Origin: the human T2T-CHM13v2.0 reference genome, Homo sapiens
Direction: 5' to 3' (one strand)
Length of the DNA: 64,000 nucleotides
Assembly: GCF_009914755.1 (NCBI RefSeq)
Contig: NC_060941.1
A model generated the notes under the pieces. That model saw only the letters and a program-made list of their open reading frames with translations, did no database searches and was not told the DNA's origin. This document shows, piece after piece, positions 1-13,486 of the stretch. Within the stretch, counting starts at the first letter, position 1. Every line of letters begins with the position of its first letter. The position numbers and the translations under genes are program-made.

Positions 1-94
1 GCTCAGGCCAGGCCTCTTGTTCACCTGTTCCGGGCATGGGGGCGGCCTGCACCTTGCGCCTCACGTTCCTCTTCCCTCCACCCGCCTCCTCCAG

Positions 95-233
95 TTCTCT
101 TACCACAATTTCGACCGGAGCCGGCACGACGACGACGACATCCGAGGCTGTGCGGTGCTGGACCTGGCCTCCCTGCAGTGGGTGGCCATGCAGTGCGACA
201 CACAGCTGGACTGGATCTGCAAGATCCCCAGAG
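95..233 (+). CDS. MRC2: MRC2 coding exon (~exon 15), end of CTLD4: FSYHNFDRSRHDDDDIRGCAVLDLASLQWVAMQCDTQLDWICKIPR
   Basis: ccag| acceptor at 94, |gttggc donor at 234; C-type lectin WxxxxC...WICK motif; 139 nt. Confidence 0.95.
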
Positions 234-342
234 GTTGGCCGGAGTGGCGCTGGGGGACGCGGGATGGAGCGAAGGGTGGCGGGGCCAGGAATTCCAGGGA
301 GGGTCTCCTTTCCTCACAACGTCTTTGTCCTTGTTCCCCTAG

Positions 343-378
343 GTACGGACGTGCGGGAGCCCGACGACAGCCCTCAAG
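343..378 (+). CDS. MRC2: MRC2 36-nt linker exon (GTDVREPDDSPQ)
   Basis: cctag| acceptor, |gtgagc donor; preserves frame between neighbours. Confidence 0.92.
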
Positions 379-724
379 GTGAGCACCCCCCAGCCCATCC
401 CGCTACCCATCGCGTGGGAGAGGGCGTCAACTCTGGGGTAAGTCCCGAGAGGCCTGAATGAAATGGAGGGGATGAGGAGTTCCGGTCGAGAGAAGGGGGA
501 CGGGGTTGGCTCGGACGGAGGCAGCCACAGCCCTGTTTGCTTCCGTCTGGGAGGCGAGGCAAGCCTGGGGCCTGGGGCCTGGCACGGTGCCTGCCTGGGT
601 CCGGTGTGCCTGCAGGCTCGCCTGCTGCCGCCTGGCTCTGCCCCGGCCCTGCCGCGCCCGCCTCCGGGGCCTGGCGTGCAGCCTCTGCCTGGCCGCCGCT
701 CCCACGCCCGCGCTGCTCCTGCAG

Positions 725-885
725 GCCGACGGGAATGGCTGCGCTTCCAGGAGGCCGAGTACAAGTTCTTTGAGCACCACTCCACGTGGGCGCAGGCGCA
801 GCGCATCTGCACGTGGTTCCAGGCCGAGCTGACCTCCGTGCACAGCCAGGCGGAGCTAGACTTCCTGAGCCACAACTTGCAGAAG
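725..885 (+). CDS. MRC2: MRC2 exon, CTLD5 start (RREWLRFQEAEYKFFEHHSTWAQAQRICTWFQAELTSVHSQAELDFLSHNLQK)
   Basis: ctgcag| and |gtgggc; CTLD helix motif WxxAxxxC...LxSVHSxxE. Confidence 0.96.
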
Positions 886-986
886 GTGGGCATTGGATTG
901 AGCAGGGGGCTGCAGGCTGGGGGAGGGCAGGCCCGGGATGAGGGCAGGGGGCTGCCTACCCACACCTGCCCGCCTGGCTTCTCCAG

Positions 987-1054
987 TTCTCCCGGGCCCA
1001 GGAGCAGCACTGGTGGATCGGCCTGCACACCTCTGAGAGCGATGGGCGCTTCAG
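987..1054 (+). CDS. MRC2: MRC2 exon (FSRAQEQHWWIGLHTSESDGRF)
   Basis: ctccag| and |gtagga; WIGL signature. Confidence 0.95.
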
Positions 1055-1119
1055 GTAGGAACCCAGGCAGGCAGCAGATGTGGAAGGGGGCTGGCTGTCC
1101 ACACACGGAGCACAGAGGC

Positions 1120-1320
1120 AGACTTGCATTTGAATCCAGCCCTGCCCCTTCCTTGCTGGCTGTGTGGCCTTGAGCAAGATACTTAACCTTTCTGGGCCTT
1201 GGTTTTCTCATCTGAAAATGGGAATATGAGGCCTGCCTGGTAAGATTTTTGTGAAGATTAGAAATAACATATGCGAAGTGCTTACGCAGCATCCAGCACA
1301 TTAGTTACTAAATAATGGCA
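1120..1320 (+). mobile_element. MIR SINE
   Basis: MIR core-like ccttgagcaagatacttaacctttctgggccttggttttctcatctgaaaatggg. Confidence 0.75.
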
Positions 1321-1761
1321 GCTCCTGTTACGTCTGGTGTCATTCATCATGACTAAGGCCCTCTCGGGGAAGTGGGCAGAACATATGATGATCCGGGGGC
1401 CTCTTTGTATTTGGTGCCTACTTACCATGTACTGGGGGGCTTGAGGCAGGAAGGACCAGGAGCACCTGGGACTCAGAATTTGAGCTTGTCTTTTTGCCCT
1501 TGGGCTTCCTGCCCTGGAGTCCTCAGGCTTCTTTTCTGGAGCAGCAAGTGTCCAGGGACAGCTGGGGCCTTATCTAGAGGCACCAGGTCCTTGGGTCTTT
1601 GACTGCCCTGAGCTCAGTAGCTCCACCCCTCAGCCTACAGCCACTAAACCCCAGAACCTGGGCCCTTCCCTGCCCCCATTCCTGCGGCCTTCATTGCTGC
1701 ATCCGGTGGAGGCCCAGCTGGGGGCCGGTGCTGGAGTTACCTCTGCTCCATGCCATTGCAG

Positions 1762-1862
1762 ATGGACAGATGGTTCCATTATAAACTTCATCTCCTGGGC
1801 ACCAGGCAAACCTCGGCCTGTCGGCAAGGACAAGAAGTGCGTGTACATGACAGCCAGCCGAG
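1762..1862 (+). CDS. MRC2: MRC2 exon (WTDGSIINFISWAPGKPRPVGKDKKCVYMTASR)
   Basis: ttgcag| and |gtgagg; WTDGS/W.PG.P CTLD motifs. Confidence 0.96.
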
Positions 1863-2159
1863 GTGAGGGCAAGGTGGGGGCAGAGTGCGCAGTCAGCTGT
1901 GCAGAGGGTTGATGCTGGGCGAGCCTGGGCAGAAGTCATCAGTCTGTTCTCATTCTCTTTGTTCCCACAACCCAATAAAGGCTAGACTCAGCGAGGGGTG
2001 GACCTGTCTCCATGGTCCAGAAGACTTGAATTCGGAGCTGGACACAGGCCCTGAGCCTCTGCCCAGACTCCTCTCAGGGCATGAGGCTGAGTGTGCTGCC
2101 AGCCATGCCCTGCCCTGCTCTGCCCTGGGGGTGACTGCCCTCCCCTCCCCTTTCCGCAG

Positions 2160-2302
2160 AGGACTGGGGGGACCAGAGGTGCCTGACAGCCTTGCCCTAC
2201 ATCTGCAAGCGCAGCAACGTCACCAAAGAAACGCAGCCCCCAGACCTGCCAACTACAGCCCTGGGGGGCTGCCCCTCTGACTGGATCCAGTTCCTCAACA
2301 AG
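2160..2302 (+). CDS. MRC2: MRC2 exon (DWGDQRCLTALPYICKR...GGCPSDWIQFLNK)
   Basis: ccgcag| and |gtagga; end of CTLD5, start of CTLD6. Confidence 0.96.
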
Positions 2303-2530
2303 GTAGGAGGTGGCAATGGGGCACCCAAGGGAGTCAGGGGAGAGGACGTGAACAGGGAAAGGCTGAGCCTCAGGAGTCCTGGCCTTTTGGCAGCACCAAA
2401 CTCATGGCCTCTTGCCTGTACCCACCAACTTCTCTTTCACCTGGCTCCAGTACCAGGGCCAGACTCCTTGGAAAATGACTCACTGTAGTAGCACCTTCCA
2501 ATCCTCCGGGAAGCACGGTTGTCCAAATAA

Positions 2531-2865
<335 letters not shown>

Positions 2866-3080
2866 TGATTGCCGGCCTGATTATCAAAGATTTTGATAAT
2901 GAACTCCTATTAGTAAAACAAAATATTGAGCTTACATGACCAAACTATGTGTGTGTACATTTAACTTATATATGTATATGTGTGTGTAAATAAAACCTAC
3001 TTCCATACTAATATGACTAATATATATAGTAAAATATGTATAAGAACAAAAGAGTATAAAACATTAGCTAAAGATTTTTA

Positions 3081-3452
<372 letters not shown>

Positions 3453-3490
3453 TTACTAGTGGTATGAAAACATTTTTTTGTGCTCACTCA

Positions 3491-3800
<310 letters not shown>

Positions 3801-3826
3801 ATCAATTATAATAATTATTGTTTAAT

Positions 3827-3930
3827 ATGCTCACTTTGGCAGCACATGTACAAAAAGTGAAACAATACAGAGAAGATTAGCATGGCCCTGCACAAGGATG
3901 CTATGCAAATTCCTGAAGGGTCCATATTTT
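3827..3930 (+). pseudogene. U6 snRNA retropseudogene (full length, diverged)
   Basis: atgctcactttggcagcacat...acagagaagattagcatggccc...caaggatg...ccatatttt matches U6 including the ACAGAGA box; CpG-decay substitutions; no upstream PSE/TATA context (an Alu tail lies just upstream). Confidence 0.93.
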
Positions 3931-4737
3931 GCGTAGTTCATGAAAGTTGAAGGTTGTTCAACAAAAAAATTGTCTAAATAATTTTAATAAGAGCAATGTG
4001 ATTACATGTACTTCACGTTTTTAAAAAATTTTAGTCTGACACTTTATGACTCATGACTCACAGGTCTAACGTGTTGAAAATCAAAGTTATTTCAAAACAT
4101 GCATTTCATGGTGGCTATAGATTAAATATGCCTCACAAAGACAAATAGATTGAAGTGAAAAAAGTTCATCCATCATTTCTAAATAATTCTCCCCATTTTT
4201 AGTCCTTCTACCAATTAAACAAACATTTTTGTTTAAAAATTGGCTAGTAGGCTGGGACGCTGAGCACTGGGAGGATCACTTGAAGCCAGGAGTTCGAGAC
4301 CAGCCTGGGCAATGTAGCAAGACCCTATCTAGAAAATTCTTTTTCCAAGTGTTTTGAGTGTGCAGGTAGGAAAGTTTGGGGCACTGACATTAATCACTAT
4401 GGATGCATTTCTCAACACGTTTTTACAACACCCCCTCCATAGTGTGAGTTTCTTCCCCACAGTCGTTATTTTTCCATGCACAGGCTGATTTATTAGACCT
4501 GATTAGTCCTTCATTGTTTTTACCTGGCGATTGACAACGAGTTCATACCAGGAAGAGAAGGTTGTCATTTTCCTTGTTATGTGCCAGGGTAATTGGCATT
4601 AATCTCAAGCCATGGCTTCTTTGCAGGACATTTTAAGAACACTTAGCCCTGTTGTGAAGATTAGATTAGTTAACACTGAATAATATAATCCACAAATCCT
4701 TGTCATACACAGGAAGGCAGCCAGCCTCTTAGTGTCA

Positions 4738-5098
<361 letters not shown>

Positions 5099-5454
5099 TT
5101 ACACCTCTTCTACCTTAAAAAATTAAGGCATGTATATTATTAAAACTTTGGAAAATACAGAAGAGAAACCAAAACTCACCCAACACTCTCTAGAGATCAC
5201 AGCTATCAATATTTGTTATTCTCCTTCCTGCCTTTTTCCATGGAATTGAGCTCATACTAAATAATATAATTTCCTACCCAACTCTTCTTTCTCTGTATCA
5301 TATTTTGAGCATCTCTCATGTTATAAAGTTTTTCCAAAAACTTGTTCTTTTTCCATCCACTTTTTAAACAGAATGTATTTTATATATGTAATAGGTCCCA
5401 TTCTTAATCATCATTGTCAAGATACCAGTTACTCTCCTGCCCTGTGGAAAGTTC

Positions 5455-5832
<378 letters not shown>

Positions 5833-5891
5833 TAGTTCTGTGCCCTTCTTTGTGTCCCTATAGCATTTGGATGTAGGTAAAGCATTTATGG

Positions 5892-6520
<629 letters not shown>

Positions 6521-7076
6521 CTAGCTTTAAGCTCCTGGAGGGCAGGGCCACTAGCACCTGCCATACCCCTTAATACACTTGCACGTGGCAGGGATGCCCT
6601 CAGTGTCGGCTGGACTGAGCTGAATACCCTCCCCCTTTAGCTGTCACTTCTTGCTGGTACTGGTGTGACCTTGCTGCTTCCAAGTTTATGATGAATTCTA
6701 CTCATGATTTAAGTTGGGCCTCAGCATGGCTCTGAAACTACTTCTGTGAAACCAAATCCTTGAACTTTGTGACAGACCTCCAAAAATCTGCATTATTTCT
6801 GGGCTTACAATTTTTTACCCCAAATCTGCCATCTGCATCAGTAAGGATGGTGCTGGAGCTAATTATTAATAGTCACAGCTCTCACTGGTTAAGTGCCTAC
6901 TGTGTCATGTACTGTTATCTTTAATCCTTAAAATGATCCCCAAAGACAGGCTTTGTATTACCACTTTACAGAAGAGTAAATTGAGGCCATAAGGTTGTCA
7001 GAGCTGGAATCTGACATCTCCCCCTTACCTGAATCCCACCCCTGTCTTTATGACTCCAAAGCTTCCCTACACCCTT

Positions 7077-7435
<359 letters not shown>

Positions 7436-7580
7436 TAAGAAAGAGTCTTCACTTGATGAGAGATTTCCTACCCAGGGCTTTTGTTTGTTTGTTTGTTTGG
7501 AAACCTTATAGAGCTAATGAAAGTGGGAAAAGAGAAATGGAAAATTACAGAGTTAGAAGCTGCTGCTAATAGATCATTCA

Positions 7581-7835
<255 letters not shown>

Positions 7836-8203
7836 TCAAAGGGCAAGATAATGGATGTCAGACAACATTCGGAAGGGTGTTTAGCAGAAAGCAAGATAGA
7901 TCCTTGTCCCCATCTTCCTAGTGCTTGGCCTAGGCACTGTTGTCATAGCCTTTGACGGCCCAAAGAAATCCTCCCATTTGAAGATCCCCTGGAGTGTGGG
8001 CAGGTGTGTGTGAATCTGCAGTGCCAAGCTGGGAGGTGCTGGAGGCTGCCAAGCAGACCCAGCTGTCCTGGTTCTCAGATACTGTTCTCTCCCGGCCCTC
8101 AAAGGCCCCCCAGGACCTGCTGCTGAGGGGCGCACAGTGGCCTTTCTGGGTTTGTGGATGGGGTGGTGGGGCTGGCCATTACATCCCCACCTCTGCCCCA
8201 CAG

Positions 8204-8318
8204 TGTTTTCAGGTCCAGGGCCAGGAACCCCAGAGCCGGGTGAAGTGGTCAGAGGCACAGTTCTCCTGTGAACAGCAAGAGGCCCAGCTGGTCACCATCA
8301 CAAACCCCTTAGAGCAAG
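8204..8318 (+). CDS. MRC2: MRC2 exon, CTLD6 (CFQVQGQEPQSRVKWSEAQFSCEQQEAQLVTITNPLEQ)
   Basis: ccacag| and |gtaggg; frame consistent. Confidence 0.96.
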
Positions 8319-8415
8319 GTAGGGCCAGCCTATGGGGAGCCCCCAGTATCCTCTGACACTGTCCCCCCAAATAGCTATAGCAGAGTCACTCACAACTGTC
8401 TTCTGGGGACCATAG

Positions 8416-8579
8416 CATTCATCACAGCCAGCCTGCCCAATGTGACCTTTGACCTTTGGATTGGCCTCCATGCCTCGCAGAGGGACTTCCAGTGGGTGGA
8501 GCAGGAGCCTTTGATGTATGCCAACTGGGCACCTGGGGAGCCCTCTGGCCCTAGCCCTGCTCCCAGTGGCAACAAACCG
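8416..8579 (+). CDS. MRC2: MRC2 exon (FITASLPNVTFDLWIGLHASQRDFQWVEQEPLMYANWAPGEPSG...NKP)
   Basis: catag| and |gtgagg; WIGL and NWAPGEP motifs. Confidence 0.96.
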
Positions 8580-8766
8580 GTGAGGATGCCCTCCCTGTTC
8601 CCCTCCGCACCGCGCTGCCCTAAGCCTGTGGGGCTGCCTTTGCCCCAGCATCTCTTGCCCCAGGGTCTCCCTTCTTCCAGCCTCTTTGCTCACATTGCAG
8701 CCTTCTGGGGACAGTAGCACAGGGAGGCAGCTGCTGGGGCTCCCCTGAGCAGCTCCCTCCCCCCAG

Positions 8767-8875
8767 ACCAGCTGTGCGGTGGTCCTGCACAGCCCCTCAG
8801 CCCACTTCACTGGCCGCTGGGACGATCGGAGCTGCACGGAGGAGACCCATGGCTTCATCTGCCAGAAGGGCACGG
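8767..8875 (+). CDS. MRC2: MRC2 exon (TSCAVVLHSPSAHFTGRWDDRSCTEETHGFICQKGT)
   Basis: ccccag| and |gtatgt; GxWxDxxC...FIC motif. Confidence 0.96.
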
Positions 8876-9436
8876 GTATGTGTCACCAGTCACCTGGGAA
8901 ACCCCAGTGGGGCCCTGGCACCGGGCTGGATGCTGGGACCATGCCAGGAGGAAGGAATCATGGTCCCTGGCAGAGCAGGGCTCTGCTTGGGAAGCAGATG
9001 GGCAGAAAGGCAAGGTGCCAATAAGATGGAAAAGCAGTAGCACCCACAGGTCTCAGGAGGAAGATTTGGGGGTATGGAGGGCTCGTTGGGTCGGGGGGAG
9101 AGCTAGACGCTGGGCTGCATGAAGTGCTGGCACGTGTGGCGTCAAGGACCCTGAGGTTCCAGGTCCAAGACACCTCCAGCTCCATGCGTAGGTGGCCTCT
9201 GCGCCGGGTTCCTTGGGTAGGAGGAGGTCAAGGCCCTCACCTCCCTGTCCATTTGTTAGCAAACATGTATTATTAATAACAACAGGACTGACACCTACCA
9301 AGCCTTGGTCTGGGCCAAGCGCCGAGTCTGGTGGAGACCTGGTCTTTGCCTGGTGTGTGGCCTTCTCCTGGCCTTGTGCCTGGGAACGGGGTGAGGGAAG
9401 CAGAGCCCAGCCTGAACCCTGACCCCTTCCCTGTAG

Positions 9437-9675
9437 ACCCCTCCCTGAGCCCGTCCCCAGCAGCGCTGCCCCCCGCCCCGGGCACTGAGCTCTCCTACCT
9501 CAACGGCACCTTCCGGCTGCTTCAGAAGCCGCTGCGCTGGCACGATGCCCTCCTGCTGTGTGAGAGCCACAATGCCAGCCTGGCCTACGTGCCCGACCCC
9601 TACACCCAGGCCTTCCTCACGCAGGCTGCCCGAGGGCTGCGCACGCCGCTCTGGATTGGGCTGGCTGGCGAGGAG
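9437..9675 (+). CDS. MRC2: MRC2 exon, CTLD7 first half (PSLSPSP...LRTPLWIGLAGEE)
   Basis: ctgtag| and |gtgggc; WIGL motif. Confidence 0.96.
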
Positions 9676-9808
9676 GTGGGCTCCCGACGCTTTTGCCCTG
9701 GGCCCCAGCCTTGCCCGGGTTCCCCTCCCTGCCCCTTCCTGCCCCCGCCTTATCCGCACCCTATCCTGACTATTCCCTTCCTCCCACCCCATGGCCCCCC
9801 ATGCCCAG

Positions 9809-9977
9809 GGCTCTCGGCGGTACTCCTGGGTCTCAGAGGAGCCGCTGAACTACGTGGGCTGGCAGGACGGGGAGCCGCAGCAGCCGGGGGGCTGTACCTA
9901 CGTAGATGTGGACGGGGCCTGGCGCACCACCAGCTGTGACACCAAGCTGCAGGGGGCTGTGTGTGGGGTTAGCAGTG
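9809..9977 (+). CDS. MRC2: MRC2 exon (GSRRYSWVSEEPLNYVGWQDGEPQQPGGCTYVDVDGAWRTTSCDTKLQGAVCGVSS)
   Basis: gcccag| and |gtgagt. Confidence 0.96.
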
Positions 9978-10070
9978 GTGAGTGCCCACCTGCCAGGGCG
10001 GGGGCATGGGCAAGGTGTCGGTGGCCCCGGGGAGGGTGCTGAGCCACTTCTTAATCCTGTACCCCCACAG

Positions 10071-10220
10071 GGCCCCCTCCTCCCCGAAGAATAAGCTACC
10101 ATGGCAGCTGTCCCCAGGGACTGGCAGACTCCGCGTGGATTCCCTTCCGGGAGCACTGCTATTCTTTCCACATGGAGCTGCTGCTGGGCCACAAGGAGGC
10201 GCGACAGCGCTGCCAGAGAG
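10071..10220 (+). CDS. MRC2: MRC2 exon, CTLD8 start (PPPPRRISYHGSCPQGLADSAWIPFREHCYSF...RCQR)
   Basis: ccacag| and |gtgggt. Confidence 0.96.
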
Positions 10221-10555
10221 GTGGGTGACCAGGCCAGAGCCCACACATGGCGGGCAGGTGGCACCTCCTCTCGTGGGCACTCAGACCCATGAGTACATCC
10301 CCACACTGCTCTCTACCCATAGGCAGCACTTACACAAGATGCCCTCGTGCTCTCACATGTGGAGACCATACATGACACTATATGTGCATATGCTGCCCCC
10401 CCACACACTTGCACATGTGCACACACACACACATGAATCCACAGACTCCACACCATCCTCTACTCAGGCTGCAGAGAAGAGGGCTGGAGCAGCTCTGGGG
10501 GACTCTGCCCCCCCGGAGACCCATCCGCCCTGACGTGGGCCTTCTTTGCATCCAG

Positions 10556-10675
10556 CGGGTGGGGCCGTCCTGTCTATCCTGGATGAGATGGAGAATGTGT
10601 TTGTCTGGGAGCACCTGCAGAGCTATGAGGGCCAGAGTCGGGGCGCCTGGCTGGGCATGAACTTCAACCCCAAAG
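10556..10675 (+). CDS. MRC2: MRC2 exon (GGAVLSILDEMENVFVWEHLQSYEGQSRGAWLGMNFNPK)
   Basis: atccag| and |gtgggt; WLGM variant of WIGL. Confidence 0.96.
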
Positions 10676-10862
10676 GTGGGTGCCCTGTGTGTGGGGTGGA
10701 GAGGTCAAGCCTCAGGCTGTAAGGGGCTGCCCTCCACTTTGCCCTGAGCCTTGTCCTGGGGCTTGTCGGGGGACAGGGAGTCGGTTCTAGAACACGCCTG
10801 CTCTCCTCCACCTACTCCTGCCCCACCTTGTCCCTGCTCCCTCAGTGCCTTCTTTCCTGCAG

Positions 10863-11042
10863 GAGGCACTCTGGTCTGGCAGGACAACACAGCTGTGAAC
10901 TACTCCAACTGGGGGCCCCCGGGCTTGGGCCCCAGCATGCTGAGCCACAACAGCTGCTACTGGATTCAGAGCAACAGCGGGCTATGGCGCCCCGGCGCTT
11001 GCACCAACATCACCATGGGTGTCGTCTGCAAGCTTCCTCGTG
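10863..11042 (+). CDS. MRC2: MRC2 exon, end of CTLD8 (GTLVWQDNTAVNYSNWG...VVCKLPR)
   Basis: ctgcag| and |gtgagc. Confidence 0.96.
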
Positions 11043-11364
11043 GTGAGCGCCGGGCAGGCCCACGCTCAGCCTCCTTCCACCCCGTGCCGCTGGTCCTGGG
11101 CTGGGGCTGGGGGCTGCTTCACAACTGCAGGGGGCACAGCCGATGGGAAGGCCTGAACAGAACGGACTGCGGGCAGCTGGGACCCCCGGGATAAATTAGT
11201 CAGTGGGATGGACTGGACCTGAAACTTATCATCCAAACTAGACCACAAGGCTCGGGGGTCAGCAACCCCCTGTCACTTTGTAGTGGTCAAGGGCATGGAC
11301 AGAGTTCAAGTCCTGGCCATGTCACTTATCAGTGGTGTGACCTTGGGCAGAGTCTGTGGCCTCA

Positions 11365-11720
<356 letters not shown>

Positions 11721-11780
11721 CTAGAGTGCTAGTGAAGCTAGTAAAGATGAGGTGAGTTAGGGAAGGGGCTGACACCCAGG

Positions 11781-11949
11781 CCTCCCACGAGGGCTGGGCT
11801 GAGACCTAGCTGAGTGCAGCATGGCGTTTTCCCTTTCTGGGGGAACCTGAAGTCTTGTCTCTTGGGCCTGTGCCCCCACAGTAACCAGAGGTAGGATGGG
11901 AGGGGGAACTAGAGCCTCTTTCTCCCCAGACCTCCCGGCCCAGGCCTGT
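11781..11949 (+). repeat. Direct repeat copy 1 (intronic), 169 bp
   Basis: Aligns to 12533-12700 with 13 substitutions and 1 indel by manual alignment. Confidence 0.95.
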
Positions 11950-12026
11950 GTGCTTTGTACGTTTACTTAAGTGATTATTACGATGATCACTGCTATTATT
12001 AACTGGCCCCCTCCTCTTGCCCACAG

Positions 12027-12053
12027 CTGAGCAGAGCAGCTTCTCCCCATCAG
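12027..12053 (+). CDS. MRC2: MRC2 27-nt juxtamembrane microexon (AEQSSFSPS)
   Basis: ccacag| and |gtgagt, symmetric phase 1-1; matches recalled MRC2 protein. Confidence 0.93.
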
Positions 12054-12145
12054 GTGAGTGAAAGGCAATGCCCCCAGGTGGGCAGGCAGGAAGCACTGCT
12101 GGGCCTAACGCCCACTTGGCCTTTCACGCCCACTCGCCTTGGCAG

Positions 12146-12366
12146 CGCTTCCAGAGAACCCAGCGGCCCTGGTGGTGGTGCTGATGGCGGTGCTGCTGCT
12201 CCTGGCCTTGCTGACCGCAGCCCTCATCCTTTACCGGAGGCGCCAGAGCATCGAGCGCGGGGCCTTTGAGGGTGCCCGCTACAGCCGCAGCAGCTCCAGC
12301 CCCACCGAGGCCACTGAGAAGAACATCCTGGTGTCAGACATGGAAATGAATGAGCAGCAAGAATAG
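12146..12366 (+). CDS. MRC2: MRC2 terminal coding exon: TM helix and cytoplasmic tail (FEGARY; acidic-dihydrophobic EKNILV endocytosis motif), TAG stop
   Basis: ggcag| acceptor; hydrophobic LVVVLMAVLLLLALLTAALILY followed by RRR stop-transfer; ends MEMNEQQE*. Confidence 0.97.
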
Positions 12367-12532
12367 AGCCAGGCGCGTGGGCAGGGCCAGGGCGGGAGGA
12401 GCTGGGGAGCTGGGGCCCTGGGTCAGTCTGGCCCCCCACCAGCTGCCTGTCCAGTTGGCCTATGGAAGGGTGCCCTTGGGAGTCGCTGTTGGGAGCCGGA
12501 GCTGGGCAGAGCCTGGGCTGGTGGGGTGCCAC

Positions 12533-12700
12533 CCTCCCACAAGGGCTGGGCTGAGACCCAGCTGAGTGCAGCGTGGCGTTTCCCTTTCTGGGGGGGCCTG
12601 AGGTCTTGTCACCTGGTCCTGTGCCCCCACAGGAACCAGAGGTAGGATGGGAGGGGGAACGAGAGCCTCTTTCTCCCCAGAGCCCCCGGCCCAGGCCTGT
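12533..12700 (+). repeat. Direct repeat copy 2 (MRC2 3'UTR)
   Basis: Aligns to 11781-11949. Confidence 0.95.
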
Positions 12701-13480
12701 TGATCCGCGCCCCAGGACCCCCTTCTTTGCAGAGCCCGAGGAGCCTCCCCTGTCCCCTCGGGCAGATCTGTTGTGTCTCTCTTCCCACCTGGCAGCCTCA
12801 GCTCTGTGCCCCTCACCCTGCTCCCTCTCGCCCCTTCTCTCCCACCCCTTCCTTCTGAGCCGGGCCCTGGGGATTGGGGAGCCCTCTTGTTCCTGATGAG
12901 GGTCAGCTGAGGGGGCTGAGCATCCATCACTCCTGTGCCTGCTGGGGTGGCTGTGGGGCGTGGCAGGAGGGGCCTAGGTGGGTTGGGCCTGAGAACCAGG
13001 GCACGGGTGTGGTGTCTGCTGGGCTGGAGATAAGACTGGGGAGAGACACCCCAACCTCCCAGGGTGGGAGCTGGGCCGGGCTGGGATGTCATCTCCTGCC
13101 GGGCGGGGGAGGGCTCTGCCCCTGGAAGAGTCCCCTGTGGGGACCAAAATAAGTTCCCTAACATCTCCAGCTCCTGGCTCTGGTTTGGAGCAAGGGGAAG
13201 GGTTGCCAGAGTCCTGGGGGCCCCAGAGGAGCAGGAGTCTGGGAGGGCCCAGAGTTCACCCTCTAGTGGATCCAGGAGGAGCAGCACCCGAGCCCTGGAG
13301 TGGCCCAGTACCCTTCCAAGAGGCCACAGTCCCAGCCAGGACAAAGTATGCGGCCCATCCTGGTGCGACAGCGTGGGACAATGTGAACATGGACTCGAAG
13401 ACATGGCCCTTTCTCTGTAGTTGATTTTTTAAATGTGCCATTATTGTTTTTAAAAAAAAAGGAAAAAAGAAAAGCAAACA

Positions 13481-13486
13481 AATAAA
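13481..13486 (+). terminator. MRC2 polyadenylation signal AATAAA
   Basis: First canonical hexamer noticed after the stop; GT-rich element around 13515-13535. Confidence 0.85.

Larger units (their letters stand above)
30..900. promoter_or_regulatory. Intragenic CpG-rich region over MRC2 exons
   Basis: High GC and many CG dinucleotides in both exons and introns. Confidence 0.6.

Noticed and set aside
339-1301. 320-aa - strand ORF
   Set aside because: Shadow of GC-rich MRC2 exons and introns; its N-terminus derives from a MIR
3827-3930. Functional U6 snRNA gene
   Set aside because: Multiple substitutions and no upstream type-3 Pol III promoter; treated as a pseudogene
12460-13404. 314-aa - strand ORF antisense to the MRC2 3'UTR
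   Set aside because: Low-complexity translation of a GC-rich UTR with no recognisable motif
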